DNA of 64,000 nucleotides from Polyangiales bacterium (GCA_038231275.1 JBBRLQ010000007.1:96001-160000); one strand, 5' to 3'. Counted from the stretch's first letter, positions 1 to 10,965 are shown. Numbers and translations are program-made. Notes: generated from the sequence alone by a model not told the origin.

Positions 1-86
1 CGCGCTTTCGCGGAGTTGCCGCGTGCGCGAGGCCGAAAGAGCGGCCTATTGTCCGCTATGCATCGGACTTCTGTCTGGCGCTGGCT

Positions 87-773
87 TCACGGACACGTGA
101 GGAGCGCGCCGCCGGCGACCGTCGTGCACGCGCACCCCATCAGGTCGCAGCCCGTGCACGACGGGTTCGCGCACGCGGGGCACGCGTTGACGCACGTGTA
201 GCTCGTTTCGCCGCCGCTCGTCCGCGTCGTGCAAAACTCGCCGCACGACGGCACCGCTGTGACGCAGTAGATCGTCCCGCAGCGGTAGCGAAAGCCAGGC
301 GGCGTGCAGTTGGCGGCGGTCGACAAGTCCTGTCCACGCCCGTTGGCGGAGCACTCGTCGGCGTCGACGGTTCCGTCGCACGCGCACACGTAGGGCGCGG
401 CGCTGCACCCGGTCCGCTGCGCGCGGCAGTGCCCCGGCTGGCCGTTGCCGCAGAGGTGGTCGGAGAAGTGGCAATAAAAGCCGGCCGTGCATTCGGTGCT
501 CGCGTGGCACGTCGGACCCGCGTCGACGGGCGGCCCCCCGTCGCCGCTCGAGCCGCTGGAGCCGCTGGTTCCGCTGCCTCCGCTGGTTCCGCTCGACCCG
601 CTGGTTCCGCTCGAGCCGCCGGACGCTCCACTCGACGCGCCGTCCCCTCCACCATCGCGCGGGCCCGCCGGGTCGGACTGGAACCCCCAATCGAGCGCGC
701 AGCCGGCGAGGGCGGTCGCAGCGAGGACGACGCCCCACCGCCCGCCGGGTGTCCCGAGGCGCCGATCGCGCAT
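87..773 (-). CDS. Cys-rich lipoprotein with Gly/Ser linker and Kazal-like segment
   Basis: Lipobox-like LAGC; GSSGTS repeats; motif VCACDGTVDADECSANGRG resembles the Kazal-type VCGCDGxTYxNxC. Confidence 0.65.
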   Translation of the reverse strand: MRDRRLGTPGGRWGVVLAATALAGCALDWGFQSDPAGPRDGGGDGASSGASGGSSGTSGSSGTSGGSGTSGSSGSSGDGGPPVDAGPTCHASTECTAGFYCHFSDHLCGNGQPGHCRAQRTGCSAAPYVCACDGTVDADECSANGRGQDLSTAANCTPPGFRYRCGTIYCVTAVPSCGEFCTTRTSGGETSYTCVNACPACANPSCTGCDLMGCACTTVAGGALLTCP

Positions 774-817
774 GCTCCCATGATACGCGGCCGGTGGTAC
801 ATTGTCCCGACCCCCCC

Positions 818-1834
818 ATGAACGACCGCTTTCTTCGAGCCCTGCGCCGCGAAAAGACCGACGTGACTCCCGTCTGGTTCATGCGCCAGGCCGGCCGCTA
901 CATGCCCGAGTACAGAGCCCTCCGCCAGAAGCACACGCTCCTCGAGCTTTGCAAGACGCCGGAGCTCGCGACCCAAGTTACCCTGCAGCCCCTACGCCTC
1001 GGCGTCGACGCGGCGATCCTCTTCGCGGACATCTTGCTGCCGCTGGAGCCGATGGGGGCGTCGTTCGAGTTCGCGAAAGGGGAGGGGCCCGTCATTCACG
1101 AGCCCATCTCGAACCGCGCGCAGATCGACAAGCTACGCGTCATCGATCCCGAGGAGGGGCTTGGGTACGTGCTCGACGCCATCAAGAGCATCAAGAAGGA
1201 GCTGACCGGAAAGCTTCCGCTCATCGGCTTCGCAGGGGCGCCGTTCACGCTCGCGAGCTACCTCATCGAAGGCGGAAAGTCGGCGCACTTCGCCAAGACC
1301 AAGCGCCTCATGTACGCCGAGCCCGACGCCTGGAACGCGCTCATGGGGAAGCTCGCCGAAGTCGTGCGCAAATACCTGCGCGCGCAGATCGTCGCCGGCG
1401 CCGACTGCGTGCAGCTTTTCGACTCCTGGGTCGGGCAGCTCTCGCCGGAGGACTACAAGGAGTACGTGCAGCCGCACGTCGCGCACATCCTGAAGGACGT
1501 CGAGAAGGCCGGCGTGCCGGTCATCCACTTCGGCACCGGCACGCAGGCGCTCCTCGAGCTTCAACGCGACGCAGGCGGCACCGCCATCGGCCTCGACTGG
1601 CGCACACCTTTCGCCGAAGGATGGAAGCGGATCGGACACGATCGCGCGGTGCAAGGGAACATGGACCCGACCGTGCTCTTCGCGCCGGTCGAGATCGCGC
1701 TGAAGCATGCCAAGCGCGTCCTCGACGCGGCGGGCAAGCGGCCGGGGCACGTCTTCAACCTGGGGCACGGCATCCTCCCGGAGACGCCCGTCGAGACGGT
1801 GCAGGCCGTCATCGACTTCGTTCACGCGCAATGA
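818..1834 (+). CDS. hemE: uroporphyrinogen decarboxylase
   Basis: PVWFMRQAGRYMPEY, DAAILFADIL, LIGFAGAPFTLASY, HVFNLGHGI; ATG at 818. Confidence 0.97.
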   Translation: MNDRFLRALRREKTDVTPVWFMRQAGRYMPEYRALRQKHTLLELCKTPELATQVTLQPLRLGVDAAILFADILLPLEPMGASFEFAKGEGPVIHEPISNRAQIDKLRVIDPEEGLGYVLDAIKSIKKELTGKLPLIGFAGAPFTLASYLIEGGKSAHFAKTKRLMYAEPDAWNALMGKLAEVVRKYLRAQIVAGADCVQLFDSWVGQLSPEDYKEYVQPHVAHILKDVEKAGVPVIHFGTGTQALLELQRDAGGTAIGLDWRTPFAEGWKRIGHDRAVQGNMDPTVLFAPVEIALKHAKRVLDAAGKRPGHVFNLGHGILPETPVETVQAVIDFVHAQ

Positions 1835-2775
1835 CCGCGAAGACGAGCACCGCCGTCGTCCTCATCGCCCACGGCACCGTCGAGCGGCTCGACGATCTCC
1901 CCGAGTTTCTCGCCAACATCCGGCGCGGGCAGCCGGCCGGCGCCGAGCTCGTCGCCGAGGTGCGCCGGCGCTACGAAGCGATCGGCGGCAAATCGCCGCT
2001 CCTCGGCATCACCAAGAGCGTGGCCACGAAGGTCGAGCGCGCGCTATCGGTTCCGACGCGCGTAGCGATGCGGCTGTGGCACCCGTACCCGAAGGACGTG
2101 CTCGCGTCGCTCGGCGCCGAGGGCGTGCGAAAGGTCGCGGTCGTGCCGCTCGCCCAGCACTCGGCGGCGATCTACGGCGCGGCGATGAAGGAGGCGGCGG
2201 CGGCGCTCGCGAAGGAAGGGGGACCCGCGATCGAGGTCGTCGCCGCAGGCAACTGGGGCCGCAAGGGGACGCTGCTCGACGCGTACACGGCGAACATCCA
2301 TCGCGCCGTCTCCAAGATCCCGGAGCCCGAGCGCGCACGCACGCGCATCGTGATGACCGCGCACAGCCTGCCGACGTTCATCATCAAACAAGGCGATCCC
2401 TACGAGGACGAGGTCCGCGCGAGCGCGATGATGATCGCACTGCGCCTCGGCCCCAACGCGCCCGACTACGTCGTCGCGTTCCAGAGTCAGGGGATGAGCG
2501 GCCCAGGCCCCGGCGGAAAGCCGGTCGAGTGGCTCGGCCCCGATCTGCGCGCCGCGATCGACGCCGCCGCGCACGACGGCATGCGCCACCTCGTCGTCGC
2601 GCCGATCGGCTTCCTCGCGGACCACGTAGAGATCCTCTACGACATCGACATCGAGGCGAAGGCGTGGGCGCAGGAGCGCAAGATCGTGCTTCACCGCAGC
2701 GAGTCGCTCAACGACGGCGACGGCCTCGTGCGCGCCGTCGTCGAGGTCGCGCGCCCGCTCGTCGGAGGCCCGTGA
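1831..2775 (+). CDS. hemH: ferrochelatase
   Basis: RYEAIGGKSPL, MTAHSLP, FQSQG, WLGPD, PIGFLADHVEILYDID; ATGA overlap with hemE. Confidence 0.93.
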   Translation: MTAKTSTAVVLIAHGTVERLDDLPEFLANIRRGQPAGAELVAEVRRRYEAIGGKSPLLGITKSVATKVERALSVPTRVAMRLWHPYPKDVLASLGAEGVRKVAVVPLAQHSAAIYGAAMKEAAAALAKEGGPAIEVVAAGNWGRKGTLLDAYTANIHRAVSKIPEPERARTRIVMTAHSLPTFIIKQGDPYEDEVRASAMMIALRLGPNAPDYVVAFQSQGMSGPGPGGKPVEWLGPDLRAAIDAAAHDGMRHLVVAPIGFLADHVEILYDIDIEAKAWAQERKIVLHRSESLNDGDGLVRAVVEVARPLVGGP

Positions 2776-4160
2776 GGAAGCGGCGGGTCGTCGTCGTCGG
2801 CGGCGGCATCTCGGGGCTGGCGACCGCGCACGCGCTGACCGCGGCGTGCGACGTAACGCTGATCGAAGCCTCGCCGCACCTCGGCGGCAACATCGTCACC
2901 GTGGACACCGCCGGCTTCACGCTCGACGGCGGCCCCGACTCGTGGGTCAACGCAAAGCCCGCCGCGGGCGAGCTCGTGCGCTCGCTTGGTCTGTCGGCAG
3001 AGATGATCGAGACCGAGGAGGCGAGCCGCAAGGTCTACGTTTCGCAGCGCGGCGAGCTCTTGCCGATGCCAGACGGCCTCGTCCTCGGCATCCCCACGAA
3101 GCTCGCGCCGATGGTGCTGACGCCGCTCTTCACGTGGGATGGCAAGCTGCGGATGGCGCTCGAGCCGTTCATCCCGGCGCGTCAGGCCGACACCGACGAG
3201 TCGATCGGCGAGTTCTTCTCGCGGCGCCTGGGCGACGAAGTGACCGACAAGCTCATCGCACCGATGCTCGGCGGCATCTTCGCGGGCGACGCGTGGCAGC
3301 TGTCGATCCAGGCGACGTTTCCTCAGTTCCCGGAGTCGGAGCGCAAATATGGATCGCTGGTCCGCGGAATGCGGGCTGCTCGCCACGCCGCGTCCCCGGA
3401 CGGGAAGCCGAAGAGCGCGTTCACCTCGCTGCGCGGCGGCATGGTCACGCTGGTCGAGGCGCTCGCAGCGCGGCTCGAGCCGGTCGCGACGCTGCGCCTT
3501 GGCTGCCGCGTCGACGCGATCGCCCGCCGCGAGGACGGCGCGTGGACGGTCGTTCCAGAGGCGGGCGAGCGAGTGGTCGCCGACGACGTCGTCTTCGCAG
3601 GACCGGCACACGCCCTCGGTCACGCCGCCCGCGACCTCTCCACGCCGCTCTCGTCCGCGCTCGGCGAGATCGCGTACACCTCGACGGCGACCGTCTTCTT
3701 CGCCTTGCGCCGCGAGGACGTCTCGCACCCTCTCGACGGCGTCGGGTACATCGTCCCCCGTTCGGAGCGTCGGTCGACGATGGCGGCGACGTGGGTCTCG
3801 AGCAAGTGGGCCGGGCGCGCGCCGGACCAACACGTCCTCATCCGCTGCTTCTTCGGCGGCGCCGGGCGCGAGGAGATCCTCGATCTCGACGACAAGGAGC
3901 TCGTCCTCCTCGCGTCGCGCGAGCTGGAGGAGATGATGCGCATTCGCGTGCGTCCGGTGTTCACACACGTCTTCCGTTTCCGCCGCGCCAGCCCTCAGCC
4001 CACGCTCGGCCACCTCGGCCGCGTGCGCCGCGTCCGCGACGAGCTCGCGCGCTGGCCGGGCCTTCACGCGAACGGCAGCGGCTTCGCGATCGGAATCCCC
4101 GACTGCATCAAGCTCGCCCACGAAACGGCCGCGGCCGTCGTCGCGCGCGATCTCGGCTGA
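2772..4160 (+). CDS. hemY: HemY-type proto/coproporphyrinogen oxidase (FAD)
   Basis: VVVGGGISGLATA FAD motif, DGGPDS, GGIFAGD, IGIPDCI; GTGA overlap with hemH. Confidence 0.92.
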   Translation: MRKRRVVVVGGGISGLATAHALTAACDVTLIEASPHLGGNIVTVDTAGFTLDGGPDSWVNAKPAAGELVRSLGLSAEMIETEEASRKVYVSQRGELLPMPDGLVLGIPTKLAPMVLTPLFTWDGKLRMALEPFIPARQADTDESIGEFFSRRLGDEVTDKLIAPMLGGIFAGDAWQLSIQATFPQFPESERKYGSLVRGMRAARHAASPDGKPKSAFTSLRGGMVTLVEALAARLEPVATLRLGCRVDAIARREDGAWTVVPEAGERVVADDVVFAGPAHALGHAARDLSTPLSSALGEIAYTSTATVFFALRREDVSHPLDGVGYIVPRSERRSTMAATWVSSKWAGRAPDQHVLIRCFFGGAGREEILDLDDKELVLLASRELEEMMRIRVRPVFTHVFRFRRASPQPTLGHLGRVRRVRDELARWPGLHANGSGFAIGIPDCIKLAHETAAAVVARDLG

Positions 4161-4163
4161 CCA

Positions 4164-5453
4164 TCAAAATCCAGGGTTTCGCGCGATGCCGTGAGGCCCC
4201 GTCGTCGCCGGCTCGGGCTCGGGCGCAGACGCCGAAGGTGCAGGCTGAGCAGGCACGCGCCGCGGCGCGCTCGCGGAGGGGGAGAGGGCGGAGATCGGAG
4301 TCGGAGTCGGCGTCGCGGTCGGAGTCGGCGTCGCGGTCGGAGTCGGAGTCGGAGTCGCGGTCGGAGTCGGAGTCGGAGTCGTGGTCGGCGTCGCGGTCGG
4401 CGTCGCGGTCGCGGTGAGGCGCGAGCGGGTCACAAGGGCGGCGGTCGTGAGGGTCGCCGCGACGAGGAGAAGCCCGAGCGCCCGTCGTGCCGGGGACGTG
4501 GAGGACGCCGCAGCGGTGGGAGTCTCGACGCCGTCGTCGGTGCGGTTGTCGAACCGCTGCGCCGAGGACTGCGGCGCGGGAGGTGGTGCGCGGAGGAGCT
4601 TCGTGAGGGACGTCTCGCTGTGCTCGACCGCCGCCGCGAGGGCGTTCGCCATCTCGCGTGCGGTCGCGTGCCGCTCGCTCGGGCGCTTCGAGAGCGCCCG
4701 CTGAATCTCCAGCCACAGCTTCGGAGGAATGTGCGGATCGGGATCGACCTCGGTCTCGAGCACCGCCGCGAGGCGCGCGGAGGGCGCGGGGGCGTCGAAT
4801 GGCGGCGATCCGGTGAGCATCTCGTAGAGGACGACGCCCATCGAGAAGAGATCGCTGCGCCCGTCCATCTCCTTGCCGTCGGCGCGGATCTGCTCGGGCG
4901 ACATGTACCCCGGCGTCCCGAGCACGTCGCCGTCGAGCGTCGCGAAGCCCTCGTCGACCGGGCCACCCCCCTTCGCGATCCCGAAATCGAGGAGCTTGGG
5001 GATCGTCTCGCCGTCCGGCTCGAGCGACAGGTAGATGTTCGAAGGCTTCAAGTCGCGGTGGAGCACGCCCTGCGTGTGCGCGTGGTCGAGCGCCGAGAGG
5101 ATCGGCACCGCGATCGCGACGGCTTCCTCCGGCGACAGCACCCCGACCTCCCGCAAGCGCGCCTCCAGCGTCTTGCCGCGAAGCAGCTCCATCACGAGGA
5201 CGAGCCCCTCCTCGGTTTCGACGAGATCGAACACGCGCGTGATGCTCCGGTGACCGAGCTTCGAGCCGACGCGCGCCTCATGACGAAACCGGCGCGCGGC
5301 GTCGCCCGTCTCGGCGCCCTCCGCGCGGAGAACCTTGAGGGCGACCTTCCCGTCGACCAGCGTGTTGCGCGCGACCCAGACGGATCCCATGCCGCCCCGG
5401 CCTATCGGGCGAACCAGCACGTATTTTCCGCCGATCGTGTCGCCAGCCTTCAC
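4164..5453 (-). CDS. membrane-anchored Ser/Thr protein kinase
   Basis: GRGGMG, VALK, HRDLKPSN, DFG, GTPGYMSPEQ; one TM segment then Pro/Thr repeats; GTG start chosen at 5453. Confidence 0.93.
   Translation of the reverse strand: MKAGDTIGGKYVLVRPIGRGGMGSVWVARNTLVDGKVALKVLRAEGAETGDAARRFRHEARVGSKLGHRSITRVFDLVETEEGLVLVMELLRGKTLEARLREVGVLSPEEAVAIAVPILSALDHAHTQGVLHRDLKPSNIYLSLEPDGETIPKLLDFGIAKGGGPVDEGFATLDGDVLGTPGYMSPEQIRADGKEMDGRSDLFSMGVVLYEMLTGSPPFDAPAPSARLAAVLETEVDPDPHIPPKLWLEIQRALSKRPSERHATAREMANALAAAVEHSETSLTKLLRAPPPAPQSSAQRFDNRTDDGVETPTAAASSTSPARRALGLLLVAATLTTAALVTRSRLTATATPTATPTTTPTPTPTATPTPTPTATPTPTATPTPTPISALSPSASAPRRVPAQPAPSASAPEPEPATTGPHGIARNPGF
4295..4415. repeat. hexamer tandem repeats (GTCGGA/GTCGGC/GTCGCG) encoding the kinase's TPTPTATP linker
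   Basis: Directly visible; in frame with the minus-strand kinase. Confidence 0.9.
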
Positions 5454-5478
5454 GGGACTAGCAAGCGTATCAAGCGCC

Positions 5479-5865
5479 TCAGGCGGCGACGAGCGAGCGG
5501 AGAGGGCGCAGCGCTTCTGGACCCGCAAGTCCCCGCAAATGCACAAAAAGTGCTCGCTCGGTGCGCGGGTGCATTCCGTAGAATTCGATGCCCAAAGACA
5601 CCCCGAGGTCGTCTCCCGGCCGGCGCCCGTGGAGCACGCGGGTGACGACACCGAGCGCGTCGAACCATACGTTCGACCGCGGCGCCTGGAACGCGACGAC
5701 GACCTCTTCTCCCGTCAGCACACGCGTCTTCGCGCGCACGAGCATCCCCTTGATAGAGAGATCGAGCGCCAGATCGCCGATGAGCGTGAAGTCGTGCTCA
5801 CGGACGACCTCGCACGGCAGGCGAACGTAGCGGCGGAAGGTGCTTCGCACGGGGAGCTTCGGCAT
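5479..5865 (-). CDS. stand-alone PilZ domain protein
   Basis: RSTFR (RxxxR) and DLSIKG (DxSxxG) c-di-GMP-binding motifs; ends LGIEF. Confidence 0.8.
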   Translation of the reverse strand: MPKLPVRSTFRRYVRLPCEVVREHDFTLIGDLALDLSIKGMLVRAKTRVLTGEEVVVAFQAPRSNVWFDALGVVTRVLHGRRPGDDLGVSLGIEFYGMHPRTERALFVHLRGLAGPEALRPLRSLVAA

Positions 5866-5916
5866 GGCGGTGTCCTCGAGACGAAGCGTACCGAGGCGCT
5901 CCGAAGAGGGCCAAGA

Positions 5917-7671
5917 TCAGAACTCCGCAGGGTCGGTGTACGTGCCGTACACGCCGCGCAGCACGTCGCAGATCTCCTGCTGGGTGCAGTAGGCCTTCGC
6001 GGCCAGGATGATCGGCGGCATCAAGTTCTCCTTCGAGGCCGCCGCCACGCGCACCGCTTCGAGGCACGCCTTCGCCTTCGCGGCGTCGCGCGTCTCCTTC
6101 ACGCGCTTCAGGTTGTCGACCTGCTGCTTCTGCACCGCGTCGTCGATCTTGAGGAGCGGGATTTTCGGATCGTTGTCGGTGGCGTACCGGTTCACGCCGA
6201 CCATCACGCGCTCGCCGGCCTCGAGCTGACGCTGGAAGCGATAGGCGCTCGCGGCGATCTCGCGCTGCGGGTAGCCCTTCTCGATCGCCTCGACCATGCC
6301 GCCCATGTCATCGATGCGCTTGATGTACGCCAGCGCCTCGGCCTCGATGCGGTTCGTGAGGTCTTCGATGAACCATGAGCCGCCGAGCGGATCGATCGTG
6401 CCGGCAACGCCGGTCTCCTCGGCGATGATCTGCTGCGTGCGAAGCGCGATCGTGACGCTGTCCTCGGTCGGCAGCGCGTACGTCTCGTCGAGCGAGTTGG
6501 TGTGGAGCGACTGCGTGCCGCCGAGCACCGCGGCGAGCGCTTGGAGCGCGACGCGGACGACGTTGTTGTACGGCTGCTGCGCGGTGAGGCTGACGCCTGC
6601 GGTCTGCGCGTGCGTGCGGAGCTTCATGCTCTCGGCCTTCTTGGCGCCGAAGCGGTCCTTCATCAAGCGCGCCCACATCCGCCGGGCGGCGCGAAATTTG
6701 GCGATTTCTTCGAAGAAATCGTTGTGCACGTCCCAGAAGAACGACAGGCGCGGCGCAAAATCGTCGACCGGGAGGCCGCGCTCGATGCACGACTCCACGT
6801 AGCCGATGCCGTCGGCGATCGTGAACGCCAGCTCCTGCGCCGCCGTCGCTCCGGCCTCGCGAATGTGGTAGCCGCTGATGCTGACCGTGTTCCAGCGAGG
6901 CACTTCCTTGCTGCAGAACTCGATCATGTCGGTGACGATGCGCATCGCGGGCCGCGGCGGCACGAGCCACGCGTGCTGCGCGATGAACTCCTTCAGGCAG
7001 TCGTTCTGCACGGTGCCGCCGATGGTGCTGCGCGGGATGCCGCGGTTGTCGGCGAGCGCGATGTAGAAGCAGAGGAGAACGATCGCCGGACCGTTGATCG
7101 TCATCGACGTCGTCACCTTGTCGAGCGGGATCCCGTCGAACAGGACCTCCATGTCGCGCAACGTGTCGACGGCGACGCCGCACATGCCGACCTCGCCGAG
7201 CGAGCGCGGGCTGTCGGAGTCGTAGCCCATGAGCGTCGGGAAATCGAAGGCGGTCGACAGCCCCGTCTGCCCTTGCGCGAGGAGGTACTTGAACCGCGCG
7301 TTGGTCTGCTCGGGCGCGCCGAAGCCGGCGAACATGCGCATCGTCCAGAGGCGGCTCCGGTACATCGTCGGCTGCACGCCGCGGGTGAACGGGTACTCGC
7401 CCGGGAGGCCGAGATCTTTCATGTAGTCTGCACGGACGTCGGCGGGCGTCAGGACGTCGGGCATGTCCATGTCGCTCCACGTCGCGAAGCGGCTCGCGCG
7501 CGAGGGCATCTTCGCTTCGCTCTTGGCGACCGGTCCGGCGCGCCACGCGGCGGTGGCGGCACGGAGGGCAGCGAGATCGCCGGGGGCCTCGCCGTCGGCG
7601 GACACGTCGTCCGCGTCTTTGCCGTGCGTGATCGAGGGTTTCCGCGAACCCGGGAAGCTGTCGAGCGACAT
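5917..7671 (-). CDS. B12-dependent acyl-CoA mutase large (substrate-binding) subunit, isobutyryl-CoA-mutase-like
   Basis: [39 protein letters not shown]; no DxHxxG B12 domain. Confidence 0.92.
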   Translation of the reverse strand: MSLDSFPGSRKPSITHGKDADDVSADGEAPGDLAALRAATAAWRAGPVAKSEAKMPSRASRFATWSDMDMPDVLTPADVRADYMKDLGLPGEYPFTRGVQPTMYRSRLWTMRMFAGFGAPEQTNARFKYLLAQGQTGLSTAFDFPTLMGYDSDSPRSLGEVGMCGVAVDTLRDMEVLFDGIPLDKVTTSMTINGPAIVLLCFYIALADNRGIPRSTIGGTVQNDCLKEFIAQHAWLVPPRPAMRIVTDMIEFCSKEVPRWNTVSISGYHIREAGATAAQELAFTIADGIGYVESCIERGLPVDDFAPRLSFFWDVHNDFFEEIAKFRAARRMWARLMKDRFGAKKAESMKLRTHAQTAGVSLTAQQPYNNVVRVALQALAAVLGGTQSLHTNSLDETYALPTEDSVTIALRTQQIIAEETGVAGTIDPLGGSWFIEDLTNRIEAEALAYIKRIDDMGGMVEAIEKGYPQREIAASAYRFQRQLEAGERVMVGVNRYATDNDPKIPLLKIDDAVQKQQVDNLKRVKETRDAAKAKACLEAVRVAAASKENLMPPIILAAKAYCTQQEICDVLRGVYGTYTDPAEF

Positions 7672-7690
7672 GCCTCGGAATGTAGCGCAG

Positions 7691-9214
7691 TCAGGGGACG
7701 CGGGCGACGTCCGCTTCCGAGAGCCCGAGCACGGCGCGGACAGCGGCGACGAGGTCCCCGAACGCGAAGGGCTTCTGGAGGAAGGGCGCGCCGTTGGCGA
7801 CGGATCCGTGCCGCACGAGATCGGCCTGCGTGTGGCCCGAGATGTAGAGGACACGGAGCCCGACGCGCGTTGCGCGGAGGTTCTCGTAGAGCGCGCGGCC
7901 GCCGCTCGCGGGGATGTTCACGTCGGTGAGGAGCAGATCAAGGGGGCCCTCGACGCTCGACGCGACGCGGAGCGCCTCCTCTTCGGTCGCGGCCTCCAGG
8001 ACATCGAAGCCGATCGCGGCGAGGGAGCGGCGGCACGCGCGACGGACCGGCGCGGTGTCCTCGACGAGGAGAACGCGCCTCACGCGCCGCACCACGCCTT
8101 CGCCGGCGTCGGACGGCGCGATCGCTTGATCCTCGATCGGGCGTGCCCGCGCCAAGCGCACACGGACGGTCGTGCCACGCCCGACTTCGCTCTCGAGCGC
8201 GACGCTACCGCCGGACCGCTGCGCCACGCCGTAGACGATCGACAGACCGAGCCCCGTCCCCCGCGAGGGGGCTTTGGTGGTGAAGAACGGATCGAACGCG
8301 CGCTCGCGGGTGGCCGCGTCCATGCCCACGCCGGTGTCGGTCACCGCGAGCTCGACGAACTCTCCGGCGTTCGCGAGCCCGAGCTCGGCGGCCATGTTCG
8401 CGTCGGCCTCGAGGTTGGCGGCGGCGATCGTGAGCACACCTCCGTCGGGCATCGCGTCGCGCGCGTTCAGGGCCAAATTCAAGACCAGCTGCTCCATCTG
8501 CATCGCGTCCGCGGCGACCGGGTGAAGATCGCCGGCGATCTCCAATCGGAGCGCGATCGGGTCGGGAATAAGGCGCCGCAGCATCGGTTCGAGACCCCGC
8601 GCGGTCTCTCCGAGATCGACGCTCCCCCGCGGCGCCACCTGCTCTTTGCTCAGGGAGAGGAGCTGGCGCAAGAGCGACGCCGCGTGCGCGCCGGCCTGAC
8701 GGATCTCGTCGACCTCGCGGAGGTGCGGGCTGTCAGGGCCGAGCGCGTCGGCGAGCACCGCGCCGGCCCCCTCGATCGCGGCGACGACGTTGTTGAAGTC
8801 GTGGGCCAGCCCGGCGGCGAGCTGGCCGAGCGCGTCCATCTTCTGCGCGCGGCGGAGCTGATCTTGGAGGCGCGCGCGATGCGTGACGTCCTCTGTGTAG
8901 ATCATCACGGTGTCGGGCGGGTGCGGGACGTAGGTGATCGTGAAGCGCCGCGTCTCGCCGGTCGTGCCGGGCGTGAAGTCGACGTCACGTCGCGTGAAGG
9001 GGCCGTCCTCGAGGCTCCGTGCGAGGTCATCCTCGAGCGCTCGTCCGCGCGCGCCGTAGATCTGCTGCGCGGTCTTGCCGACGAGCCCGGGGATGCGACC
9101 CTGGGTGATCACCGTCGCCGCTTGGTTGTGCTCACGGAGGACGAAGCCGCCGTCCGCGCCGCGCCTCCACGTGTACGCCGGCAGAGGCGCGCGATCGAGG
9201 GGCGAGTCGCGCAC
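7691..9214 (-). CDS. hybrid PAS-histidine kinase-receiver protein
   Basis: H-box [31 protein letters not shown]-terminal REC domain (LLVED, LLTDV, FLQKP). Confidence 0.93.
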   Translation of the reverse strand: MRDSPLDRAPLPAYTWRRGADGGFVLREHNQAATVITQGRIPGLVGKTAQQIYGARGRALEDDLARSLEDGPFTRRDVDFTPGTTGETRRFTITYVPHPPDTVMIYTEDVTHRARLQDQLRRAQKMDALGQLAAGLAHDFNNVVAAIEGAGAVLADALGPDSPHLREVDEIRQAGAHAASLLRQLLSLSKEQVAPRGSVDLGETARGLEPMLRRLIPDPIALRLEIAGDLHPVAADAMQMEQLVLNLALNARDAMPDGGVLTIAAANLEADANMAAELGLANAGEFVELAVTDTGVGMDAATRERAFDPFFTTKAPSRGTGLGLSIVYGVAQRSGGSVALESEVGRGTTVRVRLARARPIEDQAIAPSDAGEGVVRRVRRVLLVEDTAPVRRACRRSLAAIGFDVLEAATEEEALRVASSVEGPLDLLLTDVNIPASGGRALYENLRATRVGLRVLYISGHTQADLVRHGSVANGAPFLQKPFAFGDLVAAVRAVLGLSEADVARVP

Positions 9215-9227
9215 GGACGCGAGACTC

Positions 9228-9962
9228 TCAGTCTTTCGCGCTGGCCGGCTTGGCGGCGGCGCTCTCGGCCGCAGCGCGATCCGCCTCGCGGTACGCCTTC
9301 AGCGCACGGAGCCGGCTCCGGATGAACCACACCGCGGCCAGCACGATGACGATCCCGATGACGAGATCGAACTTGTGCATGAAGGCTTTGAGCGGGCTCG
9401 ACTCCTTCGTGAGCTCGACGCCGAGGTACTGCCCGACGTAGCCGAGCCCGTAGCACCAGGGCAGGGAGCCCGCGAACGTGTAGACGTGGAACTTGGTGCG
9501 GTTCATCCGCGCGACGCCAGCCGGGAACGCGATGAACGTGCGGACGACGGGCAGAAGACGCGCGATGAAGATGATCGCCTCGCCGCGCTTCTCGAACCAT
9601 TTGTCCGCGATGGCGAGCTCGTGCTTGCTCATCAGGATGTAGCGGCCGTACTTCTCGATGGCTTTGCGCCCGCCCTTCGCGCCGACCCAGTAGGCGACCT
9701 CGCTGCCGAGGTTGCACCCGATGGCGCCGGCGAAGGCGGCCCAGAAGAGCGAGAACTGCGGCAGCGCGATGTGGAACTGCGCGGCGAGCTCGGCGTTCGT
9801 CTTCGGATCGGTCATCGCGCCGGCGTACGGCATGATGAGCTCGCTCGGCAGCGGGATGCAGGCGCTCTCGATCCCCATGAGGAGCGCGATGCCCGCATAG
9901 CCGAGGGTCCCCATGACGAGGACGCAGAAGCCGCCGAGCACCGCGAAGATGGCTTTGACCAT
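9228..9962 (-). CDS. DedA family membrane protein
   Basis: ESACIPLPSELIM, ARLLPVVRTFIAFPAG. Confidence 0.92.
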   Translation of the reverse strand: MVKAIFAVLGGFCVLVMGTLGYAGIALLMGIESACIPLPSELIMPYAGAMTDPKTNAELAAQFHIALPQFSLFWAAFAGAIGCNLGSEVAYWVGAKGGRKAIEKYGRYILMSKHELAIADKWFEKRGEAIIFIARLLPVVRTFIAFPAGVARMNRTKFHVYTFAGSLPWCYGLGYVGQYLGVELTKESSPLKAFMHKFDLVIGIVIVLAAVWFIRSRLRALKAYREADRAAAESAAAKPASAKD

Positions 9963-10026
9963 GGGGGCGCCTTCTTACCGCGCGGCGCGCCGCCGTGCAA
10001 AGCTCTCGTTGCGCGGGTCTAGCGGG

Positions 10027-10965
10027 CTACCGTCGCGGAATGACACCCGGGGCGGTGGGCTCTTCTGCGAAGCCCAGCGCACCGTCGTCGTCGTCGCTCG
10101 CGTTTGCTTTGTCGCCCTTGCCGCCCTTGGCAGCCACGGCAGGCTTCGGCGGGCTCGAGACCGGCTTGTCGTTCTTCGGATCGTCGGTAGCGCCCTCGGG
10201 GGCCTCCTCGATCTTGATGAGGACGACGGTAGCGTTGTCCTCGCCGCCCGACTCGTTCGCCTTCTGGATCAGCTTCTTGCAGGCGTCGCGGATGTCGGCC
10301 GCGGTGGTGATGATCTTCTGGATCTCTTCGTCCGAGACCATGCCGGACAGGCCGTCCGAGCAGAGGATGTACACGTCCCCGAGGACGGGCTCGTCGTGCT
10401 GGAGGTCGACGACGACCTGGTCCTGCATGCCGAGGGCGCGCGTGATGACGTTCTTGGGCAGCTCGCTCCGCTGCTCTTCCGTGAGGTCCGGCATCGCGAG
10501 GAGGTAGTCGTTGATGAGCGAGTGGTCGCGCGTGAGCAGCTGGATGACGCCGCTACGAACGCGGTAGCACCGCGAGTCGCCGACGTGGCCGATGTACATC
10601 CGCTTCTTGCGCGGGCTGAACATGGCGCCGACCACGGTGGTCCCCATGCCGTGGTACTCGCGCGAGCGCGTGCTTCTCTCGAAGATCTGCCGATTTGCGA
10701 CGCGGATGCCGGTGAGGAGGCGGTTCTCTTCTTCCGACAGGTTGGTGTCGAAGTGGAACGGCCAGGTCACGTCGTCGTTCGCCGTCGACTTGAAGAACTC
10801 GCTGATGGTCTCGGTGGCGAGCTTGCTCGCGACATCGCCCGCGCGGTGCCCTCCCATACCGTCGGCGACGACGTACAGGTCGTACTCCTTGAGCACGATG
10901 AACGAGTCTTCGTTGTGCTCTCGTTGGAGCCCTACGTCGCTCAGCCCCGCTGCGATGGCCCGCAT
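10027..10965 (-). CDS. PP2C-family (Stp1-type) Ser/Thr phosphatase, soluble
   Basis: REHNED, VADGMGG, HVGDSR, LCSDGL, GGEDN. Confidence 0.95.
   Translation of the reverse strand: MRAIAAGLSDVGLQREHNEDSFIVLKEYDLYVVADGMGGHRAGDVASKLATETISEFFKSTANDDVTWPFHFDTNLSEEENRLLTGIRVANRQIFERSTRSREYHGMGTTVVGAMFSPRKKRMYIGHVGDSRCYRVRSGVIQLLTRDHSLINDYLLAMPDLTEEQRSELPKNVITRALGMQDQVVVDLQHDEPVLGDVYILCSDGLSGMVSDEEIQKIITTAADIRDACKKLIQKANESGGEDNATVVLIKIEEAPEGATDDPKNDKPVSSPPKPAVAAKGGKGDKANASDDDDGALGFAEEPTAPGVIPRR

Noticed and set aside
545..620. Repeated GCTGGTTCCGCT/GCTCGAGCCG units
   Set aside because: They encode the GSSGTS linker of the lipoprotein
4295..4415. Regular short repeats suggesting a CRISPR array, or a Ser/Glu/Arg-repeat protein on the plus strand
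   Set aside because: Hexamer units with no spacers; fully explained by the kinase's Pro/Thr linker
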